A stretch of 52,165 nucleotides of DNA, counting the filler, from Dirinaria sp. TL-2023a (Eukaryota): the NCBI GenBank assembly GCA_051941275.1. It is 3 parts of 3 records of this genome, joined end to end, with 100 filler letters (N's around TTAATTAATTAA, not from the genome) between each part and the next. Parts side by side here need not be neighbours in the genome. Positions count along the whole stretch, not along the records: positions 1 to 17,340 come from JAVEBF010000435.1; 2 more parts are not named here. One strand, written 5' to 3'. Below the pieces are notes generated by a model. The model was not told the DNA's origin. It ran no database searches and worked only from the letters and a program-made list of their open reading frames with translations. The translations under genes were made by a program, and so were the position numbers. Below, one piece after another: positions 1 to 11,570 of the stretch. Numbering within the stretch: the stretch's first letter is position 1; each line of letters opens with the position of its first letter.

Positions 1-196
1 TACTTACTCATCCTCAAGATCAACTCTGGTATTAGCATTCACTCAGAGACGTAAACGAGAAGCCAAGAGAAACAAATAATGCACCCAGCTGGCACCTACC
101 ACGATGCAAAAATCCCTTCGAAGATACCGGCTCAAACCCAACACACATATCCTGATAATCGAGCACAGCTCACCAATGTTGGATGAAAAATCTGTA

Positions 197-300
197 CTAC
201 CTACCTCCTACCTTACCTTCCCTTAATCTTAGGTAAAGTAGGTAAGATACATAAGATATATAAGTGCGTAAAAAACGTAGGTAGACAATTAGGTAGGTAG
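197..300. repeat. Intergenic (TACCT/AGGTA)n low-complexity cluster
   Basis: ctacctacctcctaccttacctt...ttaggtaaagtaggtaag...gtaggtag...taggtaggtag; the C-rich half is followed by the G-rich half. Confidence 0.7.
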
Positions 301-612
301 TCATTCTCATTACCAAAGCATTCCCAAATCCTCTTCTCCCCCCTCTCCGCTTGTCTAAGCTTCTGCTCAGACATTGAGCTATGCATCGTTACGTGTTTTG
401 CCCTACCTTACCCTGCTCGTTTAATCTAACATATATGCCAACCGATTACATTTCGTATGATTATGACGCACCCACCCCCTTTCTTTTTTTGGTGCCAATC
501 TACCTTACCCTGCCATTTATCCAATTAATGCCAACACAGATATCTTTTACGTACCAAGACCCCGAACAGGAGGAAAAAATAGTTGCCGTCACAATGGGAG
601 CTTTTTTCCCCT

Positions 613-3218
613 TTACCACCAATTAGTCACGCCCCCAACCATTGGCAAACCTCCAGTACCGGGCATCACCGGCGCCTGCGCACCAAACCCTCCTTCAACT
701 TGGAAATCCTTCAGCATATCATCCCACGCAGCCCAGCTGATACTGCCGGAATCCCCCCACTGCTCCTGCGGATAATTCGCCTCGTGCATCAGCCACTGGT
801 CGACAACATTGCCGGTCATGTCCGGTTGATAGGCTGGATCGAGGTTCAAAGCGGTTTGCAGGCCATGCTGCTGCTGGTGCTGCCCGTGACCGTTCAAGTC
901 CTGCTGGCCGCTGCTCTCCACGTAGATCGTCGGGGTGGGGTTCTGCACAAAGGGGAGCATGTTCGTGTAGTCTAGCGGGTTGCTGTTGGTGGTGATACTC
1001 GGCATAACCTCCACGGCCGGCATGGCAGGGTTGGGAGCAATAGCAGGGCCAAGGGAACCGTCTAGAGGGAATCTCTTTTGCTTTCTCTGCTCTTCTTCTC
1101 TCGCAGCGCGAGCACGGACCATCATTTTGCGAAGCGGCTTCCACAGCATGCCTTTCTTAGTAGTTGTGTCGCCTGAGTGCCATTCCTCGAAGATGACATC
1201 GACGACCGCCCACGCACGCTCGACTTCAGGGCCTTTGGTACGGACGGTGAGTTGACTGAGGAGGTAGGCTAAGGCGTGCCATTGCTGGTAGCTGGCAAAG
1301 ATCCACCCCCATCGGCGGGTTGCTTTCTCTGTCTCGAGGAGGCGAGAGAATTCAATGACTTCGAGGGAGGTGAGAAACAAGTGATCGATGGTTTCTTTAG
1401 GAAGACCAGCACCACGGTCGGGACGCATCAGAGGATGGTGGATGACGAGCCACATCTTGGCCATTATAAGCCGCGTGACTGTTGCAGCTACCCAGTTAAT
1501 TGGCACCGAAAGATCACAGTAGACGAGATATTTCTTCGAAATGTACTGATGCAGCTCTTCAATAATACGTTCCTTATCTTCCATCGTTGGTCTGGCGCCT
1601 TTTTTCGCGCCTGATGGAGCGTGACTTAGGCGGCGCACGGTTGAAGAGATGGAGTAGCGGATGAGATCGAACGTGGTTTCAGTCCAGCCTTGATGCTCTT
1701 CGGGCATCTCTAGGGTGCTTGGGCTGATATCCTCATCGTTGATGTTAGAAGGGAATTTAGTGTCAAAATTTGTTTCCACTAGGGAAGGATTTATGCCGTG
1801 ATCTTCTGACGAACGGACGTCAAGATTACATATATGCCACCATAAGCGCCTGCGCATTTCTATCTCATATGGCGGGAGGTCGAAATGGGTCCCGTCGCGA
1901 TGTATTCCAAGAGCCGTAGCAAGTCTGATCAAGAGCCCAGCTAGAGTCCAGACGTAGCGTGTGTCGTCCGAACGGCGTGCACAAGACAGGAAGATAGTCA
2001 GACTCTGTAGAATTTCCATCTCCTGCGTACTCAAGAGATTGGCTCGGGCTAGGGACTGTTCGAAAGCGAAGCGATATTTTTTGAGACCTGCATCTTTGTC
2101 AAGACCAAGGACAGCTATACAGTCTCCTGGGCTCATCGAGGTTACTACCGTGTAGTATATTGAGAACATCACGGCCTCCGTCGTCTTGCTCATATGGTCC
2201 AGATTTCGAGCCACTTCCATGACTAATTTCTCAATGGTAGGTCGGTGAAAGATCCTTAACACAGGGTCCACGTTCTCCTTAAAAATTCTCCAGTACATGA
2301 GTACTTCCCTGGCAGGAGGGTGGAAGCTACGTAGCGAATGTGCCGTCGAACTGAAGTTGAAAAGAAAACCCTGGCTATTTGCTGAAGCCGAGGATACTGA
2401 ACCCGAACCAGGCGAAGGATAATCTTCTTCATCGTCCGTAGGGTCGTCAAGGATATCGCGCATCTCCGCGACCTAAGAAAACCTCAATTAGCTAATGATT
2501 GCGTTCCGCTCGATGAATGCCGCTCGTGCGATCCTCTGAACAGATATCTAAGGATGGAGTTTTCAGAAAGATCCTGAAATGGTCTTCTGGAAGATGATTT
2601 GATGAAAAAGGGCAACGAGATGTCAGATCTGCCTACCTCCTCACTCAGAGCTGTCCAGAATTTATTGCTCACGTACCGACTCCTCCCCTCCTCTATTACC
2701 AGTCGACCGAAATCTTTGGCCAATTTCTCTGAAGGGTCGCGGCCAGGATCTTTGTCTGCAATCGAATCTTCCGCCCCAGCTTTCGATGCATTGTCTGCTG
2801 ATTCCGCCGCTTCTTCCGGATCCTTGCCCATGTGTTTGACAACGCCTTCGAGTCTTCTCAACCTTGCCAGCAACTCCGTGTCCGGGGGCTTCCTGCTACG
2901 CCTGGGCGCTCGACCTGGCCCCGGGAATACGCATTCTGTGCTTGCCCTGGTGCAATTGGCACATGGGTGTCTCTTATCGCAGCGAACCTTTCTCTTCCTA
3001 CATGTAACACACGACCTCGGATTTAAAGGAGCGCCAGCGCTACTTGAAGACTGCGGGCCTGTCCCATTTTGAACGGGTTTGGTGGGGCTCGGGCCTTTGC
3101 TGTCCCCCTTTGTAAGGCTTTGTTGGGAGGGTAGCGAACCAGCGCTTTTTGGGCTGACAGAACGGTATTTGACATTGGAACTGTCGTTGGGCGGGGGCAT
3201 AGCTTTCGATGGATCCAT
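613..3218 (-). CDS. Zn(II)2Cys6 (C6) transcription factor with fungal-specific TF (middle homology) domain, ~813 aa; exons 3218-2637 and 2472-613
   Basis: Binuclear cluster motif CVTCRKRKVRCDKRHPCANCTRASTECVFP in exon 1. Exon 2 has Fungal_trans-type motifs (LATALGIHRDG, EIEMRRRLWW, FDTKFPSNIND). Intron 2636-2473 reads GTAGGC...GCTAAT...TTAG and joins the two ORFs in frame (LSEE|VAEMRDIL). Confidence 0.93.
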
Positions 3219-3534
3219 AAGGTATATTATTTCACACCGCCATTCAATGGTGCTCGGCCTTTACTAGTCATAATAATGTCAAAAGATTCTTTTCCTTTTT
3301 CTCACTCAAATCGAGGCCTAGGCAGGATTGAATGGGATATAAATCGAAACGGCTACTATGAGTCTGTAACAAAGACGGAGTCATGACACGATGGCAATGA
3401 CATATGGCTGACGCAGCTGAGCTACGGTATGTTTCGAGCGATTTGTGAGGTTTTGGGGGCGAGATATGATGCTGCCAATCCGGCAGGCTGGTGGGGTACG
3501 AGTACATCATTTAGGGTCGGATCAAGATAACTCT

Positions 3535-3665
3535 GCTAAGGTAAGGTAGGTACCTTACCTAAGGTAGGTACTCGTACCTACCTACCTCTACCTACATAGG
3601 TAAGGTAAGGTAGGTAAGATAACGCTTATCTACAGTACTGTACCTTAGGAAGGCTTAGGTAACCC
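3535..3665. repeat. Intergenic (TACCT/AGGTA)n cluster with inverted repeats
   Basis: aggtaaggt(3539-3547)-aggt-accttacct(3552-3560) is a perfect inverted repeat, followed by further tacctacctacc / taggtaaggtaaggtaggtaag / taccttagg units. Confidence 0.75.
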
Positions 3666-4287
3666 CCTCTGCACCTGATGTAAGGAGGTACGACCGGCTG
3701 CAAACCAAAGCTTCTGGCTGAGATGAGTCAAACTGATGCTAACCTTCCTTTCCCTTTGCCGTTTCCGAGCGAACTCAAATGTCTTAATTCAATAATAATA
3801 CTTACTGTACCTGATACCCTATTTTCTCTTGCTTAAAAGTAGTATGTGCCTGACACAGGAGACTGTGCCTCCCCCTTAACTCCGAAACTCCCCGTCCACC
3901 CTTCTGGAACGTGGCGTACAATTACATCTGCTCGTTCGTGCATATCCATCATCGCTTTCAGCGAATCAAAAGCCCCATCCTCGGGCAATCGACCAATTAT
4001 AAACGGAGATTCATCACCAGCGAGCATATGAAGTAGGGGTGCAGTGGCGCATCTGGCGAGCCAATGTATGTGGTGGAAGACAGCATACTGAAGCGTACTG
4101 AAAACAACGTGCACGGCATGAGGCACAGCGTACCGATATTATCACCCTTTCTCAGCCATTGAGATGAGGCTTGCGAATCCGTGGATTTTGCCGTGGACTT
4201 CAACTGCGTGTCAGCACAGTCCATGCAGGTACCGTTGTAATGGCATTTTAAGGCAGGGGAGGGATAGAACAACGATGCGCGCGATGC

Positions 4288-5449
4288 TTACCTCACGCGA
4301 ACCCACTCCAGACTCGTTTTATTGAACTCGTGCCTGCAGTAATTTTCAGCTATGGTCGTCGGCATGGCATCGTCAGATAACGCACCCTTCAAATCTTGTA
4401 TTCGTAAGGGAGCTCCTGCCATATTCTTCTTCGAGCAGCCAAGCGTAATTGTATGGGATCTTGACCGGTTTAGTCTCGAATTGGCTGTCCCGTAAGGGAA
4501 ACAGATCCTTCTCCTGCCATCACCACTCGTCAGCGACACCGTTCTAATTGGTAGTGGTGACAACCGGGTCGATGTTGACACTTACCTCGTACTGGTGCCT
4601 ATCCTTGACCGTCAGCATTCCCTCCTCACCTTCCTTCGGCCGGACGCTCGTGATATCGATAAAGACTCCTGTCTCGGTGTCGATCCACCTTGCATCGATA
4701 GTGTTCATCCAGTCCTTCGTTGAACCGTTGATGTATCCAGGGTTGATCTCAAGCATGTAATTTCTTCCCCCGTTGGGCATGGCTGGTGAGTGGTAGTAAT
4801 GTATAGTCATATTGTAGTAACTTGCAAGGAAGTGCATGGTAGGTAGCGAAACCTGAACGTCAATATCCGAGTCCCATGGCATGATCTATGACTTGTCAGA
4901 ACCACCGATCGCCTTCTGGAACCAGTCTGTCGCCTACTTTGCGATTCCACCACCATCCTAACAAAGTCCCATGCATTATCCAAGTGGCCGCTCCGAGATC
5001 GGCCATTGTCGCAAGATATGCTTGCATTGCGGCAGTAAGATTCGTCTTTTGGTCTTCATATGATAATTCATGGTCGGTAAAGCTAAATCGGACAATCAGT
5101 CAGTCTTGCCCAAGCTCCACGTCATGATGACACTCACCGGCCGTCATAATGCGGATGGAAGCTGCTGCTTATCAGTATCGAGTATTTACTTTCACGATAC
5201 TTCTGCATTCAACTGCACTCACATTGACTCGTCTGTGCCATGCTGTCAGTAATTCATGCGGCATACGCTATGACAATGAGGCTACTCACGCCAGTATTTC
5301 TCCTTAGGATCGCCACCCTTCCCACTTGAGTCCTGGGTCATCAGCACCCGGACACTCTCAAAGTCGGCATCCCCTCTTATTGGAAGGTACTGGAGTGCCC
5401 AAACAAGAAGGATAACAAGCGATCTACAATGAGATAATCGAGGGATCAT
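4288..5449 (-). CDS. LicD-family nucleotidyltransferase-fold protein (mannosylphosphate transferase Mnn4-like), N-terminal signal/anchor; exons 5449-5290, 5232-5223, 5161-5138, 5082-4938, 4885-4586, 4513-4386, 4333-4288
   Basis: The spliced translation gives KYWHESIFHPHYDGRF...TWIMHGTLLGWWWNRKIMPWDSDIDVQV...YMLEINP...NTIDARWIDTETGVFIDIT...DLFPLRDSQFE...KIPYNYAWLLEEEYG, the characteristic fungal LicD motifs. All introns are GT-AG with branch sites. The 3' end is uncertain because AG|GTAAGC at ~4291 could be another donor. Confidence 0.88.
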
Positions 5450-6352
5450 CTGGCCAAAGTGGTGTTTTGTCGTAGCATTTTCCGAGTGCAGTCTGGCGCG
5501 AATCGCTGGACCAGTCAGCCCCAGCAAGCTGCTGTGCGCCAGGTAGTTATGAATATGAGTGTGCGTAGTATGGTTTAGATTCGAGGAATGATGCTCTTGC
5601 CAAGAGAATACCAAGAGATATTCGCAGGTCTTGGTCTTGGGGGGGTCGGCAAAATGGAAGGTAATGTAGGGTGACGGTTAAGGTAAGATACGGTCAAGTG
5701 GGGTAAGAGGACAGAGGAGTCAAAGGGGCTGCACGATTTATTGTTCCCGGATTCCTGCATTGGACGCGCGTTTTCTAGACCAAGGCGGGAATAATCGGGT
5801 TTTCAATCTCAGGTAATATTAATCCCCTGGATTCAAGCAGCCTCAATAATTATTATTGTGGCCCAGTCTCGATTATTTGAACGTTCCATAAATCGACAGA
5901 GATACATTTCAATCATCGTCATTATTATTATCATTTTCTTAATTATACCCACCAATTATATTCGGACAATTTCTGGCCTTGCCACCTTGGTGTAGCTCGC
6001 TTGCGCCGTTGAAACATTCTACAGACTAGAGGTACTACGCCTCGGCAGATGTCACTTGGGAGTCTTGGCTTTGCCTGCTAAGCTTTTCCGGCGCCATGCA
6101 AGATCCATGTGTGTTGATTCCCTCGATTATATTGTAAGACAATTTCGCTCAAAAGTCAGAACCAGAGGTACTGGAATGCACGCCAACCCCATCACAGACT
6201 ACGGCATAAAAAAGATTGCTTGTACACGTCGAATTGAGATCCTAGACAACAGACAACAGGGGAATAATACGAATTCAGGCATGCATATGAACAAGCATAC
6301 AACAACACCCACGTCAATTATGTAGTGGTAGCGCGCCCAGAGTAAAATGTAA

Positions 6353-8295
6353 TCAGTGCTCCAGCAATCTCAAACTACCCTGGACAACAACGTTCTCCAG
6401 AATCGACCCAGGAGGAACGTCGATAGTGCTGCCTTCAGTCGCCACGATGATGACCGTTCCCTTCAGCACAACTCCGCGCCCCAAGTTGACTGCGCCAGTG
6501 ATGGTCAAATGGTCCAGTTCGAGAATCTTGGGAATGCTGGGAATGCGTTGCTGGAAGTTGCTGACCTTCTTGAAGTCGCCGCCCAATTTGATCAAGGGCG
6601 CAGGGCCGAACCGATCCGTGTGCATTACCAGTTGGCCGTGCTTTAGGCTGTAGAGATCCGACTTCACCAGCATGAGGTCGGAACAGGTTTTGACTGGGAG
6701 GAAGCGCCTTCGAGGGACGTTGACACCGTGCGCATTGCCGAAATGGCGAATGGCGGCACCGACGGCTGTTTCCAGCTGTACGATCGAGATATCCGACTCA
6801 CCCTTCTTGTCCGCGGGGATCGACTTGTTGTTGGGAATGATTTCCATCTCGAGTTCGCTGTTCTCGACCACTCGCTTGATAGCTTGCAGATTCAGCCAGA
6901 TGTTGTTCGTGTTGAAATACTTGAACTTCTTGATTGACTTGAACTCATTGGTGTGTTCCTTGGGCACTTGAGCAATTTCGAGCAGCCGAACCGAGTTATC
7001 GTAATTGATAATGGTACCTCCCTTCACGTCCGCCTTGGTCTTGTCCGTCAACTCCATAATGTACTCAGCTTTAGATTCAACCATGTGTTGCAAGATCCGC
7101 AAGTCCACAACAGCGCCCAGATTGTCCGCATTGGAAAGAAACACGATCTCGACGCCGCGGTCAATGAGCTTGTCCAGTATGCCAGAGTTGTAAAGCGATT
7201 CGAAGACGTCACCGTGGCCAGGAGGGTACCAATCAGAGATTTGTGAGTTATAGGTCTTTGGGGCAGGAAGAAGCGAGTCCTTGAGAACTCGAGGGTAACG
7301 TGACTGGTTGAAGGTCAAGATGTCGATGTTGTGGCCCTCGTATTTCTTGATGATGTTTCCCGTGTCCTCGTCGGTATTGAAGGAGTTCATTAGTACGAAA
7401 GGGACGTTGACGTTGTAGGTACGGTTGAGATACTCGATTTGGCGGACGGAAAGATCAAGGAAGGACATGCCGTCACGAACTTCGATGACGGATTTTGGCC
7501 CGACGCAGCCCATAGAGGTACCCAAACCACCATTGAGCTTGATGACGGCAAGCTTGTTGAGGAACTCCACAGCATCAGAATTAGGGAGTTCGTTGTAATC
7601 CACGACCTGTTCTGGCTGAGGCGGTGCAATACGATCCCACGAAAGGGCGTTGCCTTTGGCTTTGTCGTTCAGATACCGGCGGAATAGGGCGAAGAAATTG
7701 TCCATCTCCGTCTCGAAACGAGCCTTATCTTCGGGATCTGTGCAGGTGTCGGCCAGTGCGTTTAGCGCGTTGCGCATCTGGCCGGCTGCTACTGAGGTGG
7801 ATGTGTTCTCGAATGCCTTTGAATCCGCACGTTCTCGCGTTAGCTTTATTCCTGCAGAGTCTGAAAGTGTTGACATGACTGAAGCCTTCTGTGCAGGCGT
7901 AGAAGACTCGACCACCATGATGAGGATAGGTATGCTAGGTAGGGTGTGCAACAGCTAAGAATAAATCTATAGCATTGCTTCAAGACACAGGATCTGAAAT
8001 GTCGAGCGTCAAGAAGTGGAGATGCTTGGCAGCAAGACGGCGTGACTTTGTGATAGTGAATGGTGCAAGCTCCGGAACAAGCAAGACGATTCGTCCGAAA
8101 CGCGCTTTGTGCATGTTTGGACTGTTTGATGCAGGCACGACCGTGTTTCATCGACTCCACACTTGCTGCACTTTAAAACATTTTACTCACCACGTGCGAC
8201 TGCGTCTTTCCATGATGCTTTTTTTCGAATGATGCATCTGCGTCTCCATTGCTCATATTACCTTTGAGGTGTGATGGGAGGGCTTTCGATGCCAT
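6353..8295 (-). CDS. UGP1: UTP--glucose-1-phosphate uridylyltransferase (UDP-glucose pyrophosphorylase), ~522 aa; exons 8295-8191 and 7816-6353
   Basis: Motifs [46 protein letters not shown]. Exon 1 ([10 protein letters not shown]...[10 protein letters not shown]) splices via GTGAGT...GCTAAC...AAG to [18 protein letters not shown], matching the known fungal Ugp1 N-terminus. Confidence 0.97.
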
Positions 8296-11200
8296 GGTTA
8301 TCGGGATTGGTGTCAATGGACTCTATGCTGCAAGCAAGGTTCGAAATCAGTCCCAGGACCTTGAGTGTAGACAAAGAGCAAGAGCGTTGAGCAAGGAAGA
8401 AGCGCCCCAGAACAAGGTATACAGTTAGGTAAAGTAATTTCACTCGGCGAAAAGCTTTGAAACAAGCTTCTGGCAGATCTCGCAATAATTGGCAAGACGA
8501 GAAAGCCTTTGCACAATCGAAAGAGGGGGGTTCCAAGGGGTACGCCTAGGAAAGGGAAGCCACTCACACTGGGTATGGTCGAATCGTTCCACCTTCCTGC
8601 ACCAACAATGGGGATTCTAGTGTGCCAATTACACAATCCAAGCACGACAATGGGAAGGAAAGGTTCAGGTATGATGTTCAATGGTAAGGGGAGGGGTTGG
8701 CGGTTTTTATGCCTCCAGAATTGACTCCGGTGTTGAGTCTCGCAGCTTGCAGTGCACTAACGAAATATTGGGAAAGGCTCCCGCAGAATCAAAACGGCGT
8801 AAAATTGCCGGCACAGAGACGGGACTGCTAGGCTGCAAGCTGCATAAAGTATAGATCGCCACATTTTTACCCCCGTGTGTCCTATCGATTGGACGTTGAC
8901 TGCACTCGAGGGAGTCTCTTTACACCTGCCAAGAGGCCAATTCAACCAACCTTATCTGCGCAATTTTGATCGCAACGAATTCATCTATCCACGATTCCCA
9001 TACCTGACCGATTTGGACATCGACCCACTCTTTTCTCCCCAATCGAGGTTACGTCCTAGTCAAGGGCTCCGGCAGTCTCGCTTTTTCGGTAGCCCCTATT
9101 TTACCGTCCGGACACATCAACCTCTTCGTTGGGGTCCTCATTTTCAAGCTGGATTGTGGCTCGAACGGTTATGGTTTTCCGGCTACGTTCAACTGCAAAG
9201 GCGCCCTATACATATATTCGGATGCTGTACTTATTGAGGGCCTACCTGATCAAGTATGGTTATCAATACAGTTGCCATACGAAGGCATTATTATTAATAT
9301 CTGGCAATTTAAGCACAATAATCAATGTCTTGCAACGGCTACGGCCATTATAGATGAAGATTCGTCCATTGATCAATACAGAACAGGCCTCGCTGAATCA
9401 GGGTTTAACCTGATGGCGTAAACCATGTCGCTCCGAAGTCTATCATTTTACATGCTCCAATACAGACAAAGCAGTGTTGGGCAAAGAACTGGTTCTCCGA
9501 GTAAGCCGGAAACAAGTTCTTAACTCATCTGTCTTCTCATTGCCGAGTAAACCTAATCCTCTGCCTGCCGGATGAGGCTACAGGTCATGTTGATCTCATC
9601 GACCTAGCTTACGGTCGTTTGAAGCACAACCAAGACTTAAGAGAACGCAATTTCATCAATTGAATAGCAGCTCTGTTTGTCTATTTAAGGATTGCGACAA
9701 TGGAAATAATGTCAAGAATGCTCAATAACTCGTCACTTGATTCGTGGCAGTACCAACACCCAAGGCTTCTTCCTAGCCCTAAGATTGCTACCATACAGGT
9801 CACTCACGGCCGACTTACTACAGTACTAATAATTACATTTTCGTGAAGGTTTCAAACATACTTAGTTTATGGTGCCATCGTCGTTACAATTGAAGTGCAA
9901 CGTGGCTTGGAATGCGGCATACCGCGAGACTTAGGCTTATGACTGCTGGGAGGCAGATACTGAGAGCGAGAATATCCAAGGATACCTTAGGAGTGTGATA
10001 AATCCTAGGGTAAATAATAAATAATTTTGTCATTGTTCATAATCTGACCAACCTAAGTTGTAGACGATCTGGCTAGTGTGGGGCTACGATACATAGGTAC
10101 GTACTCAGCGAAATATCGTCAAGAAATACCTTAGATAATTGATCTCGCTTCAAACATGGAGAGCACTCCTCTCATATTTTCCAATTCCATTACCTTACCG
10201 GGCCTTCAAATGGCCCACAGAATGAGCTTTTTCTGTGGATCGACCTCTCATAAAAGCTTGGCTCCATTTACGAAGAATACAGATCGAGTTCAGCACGAAG
10301 ATGTTCTAGGGTTTGTCACGCTTCCAACGCCATTGCTTTCTGACGCTCAATCCGCACATCTCTGGAAGCGCAGCTCCAGTACGTAGAGTTTATAAATGGG
10401 TATGGTAATTCATTTGGGTTAAGGTAATGGGCTAGATGAAGATACATTTTGTTTTACCAAGCTCTATCCCTTGTCATTACGTTCAATTTGTGTAGTCTGG
10501 ATTGACAAGCTCGACCAAATGTGCAATGCTATCTACGATGAGCGGCAAGCATTTCATACAAGTATTTCATCTAAGGCCGATTGCCAGCTGCATCCGCCTT
10601 TGTGCTGGATACCCGCCGTCGCTACTTTTGTCGCAAAGCGGTAATGGGCGTATGGCTGAAGTTTGATGGCAAAACTCGAAACGATGGCAAGAAAGACGAA
10701 CCTACTTGATGTTTCAGCATTGGATGGCTGATAATGACTCGGAAAGACTTCTGAAGCGCTCCCTCGGAGAACGATTGTTGATCTTAAGTGAAGAGAATAT
10801 GCTCCTGTGGAAGTGACCTCGATTTGGCGATCAGGAGAATGTTACGGGCACTCAGATGGCTAACAGGTCTTCAATTTTTCATCAGAAGCCTTGCACGTTT
10901 GATTCATGCTCGAGCGAGAATGCTCAAGATAATGGTGAAGCCAGCAGAGGCAAATGAACGTTTGGCCAAGGTCAATATGAGCAATTGCGCAGGCATCCCT
11001 AGAATAGCCCGATACGGGTAATGTTCACCCGAGAGTAGGAAGACACCAATTTCATGCTTGATCCGAAAGATGCACATGATAAAAGGAACAATTGATTCGT
11101 AAGAAATCTAGCTGAAGAATCGCCTTGAAGTACGGTGGCTCGCCAAATGTGTAAGAATAAGGCACTTCCTTGGTCGCGAATTCGGCCCCCTGTTGATTGG

Positions 11201-11570
11201 CCCGAGGCACCAAGACGCCAATTTCAGTAGACTGACCTTAGACTCGCAATAATCACTCCATCACATTATTCAAAAGGAGACACAACACGGAGTTACTATC
11301 TATTGTATGCTAATTGCTATCTTCTTTTTCCTTCTCTTCCTCACGTTGCACCGTCATTTTTGAAGTTTGGCATTTTGGACAAAGGCTTTAAGGCGCCTGG
11401 AAGACGTCACGTCGGACGTTTCATGTACTCGCTCGCCGACTGTCCGGAGTATCACGCTGATCACATCGCCTGCATCTGCTTCTAGCCTTTACTTGCCTCG
11501 ACTCCCTACAGACGAGAATCCTAAATTGCCTGATGAGTTGGGAGTGCGTACATAAAGTCATCGCGTTACT

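Noticed and set aside
583..3072. Antisense and alternate-frame ORFs over the C6 TF, and likewise over UGP1, SPA2, FCY2, CHAT, GCN1 and the helicase
   Set aside because: They are shadows of codon bias on the real coding strand and show no recognisable motifs.
6353..7951. ORF-track 532-aa UGP1 starting at 7951
   Set aside because: Its N-terminus is intron sequence. The conserved N-terminus is on exon 8295-8191.
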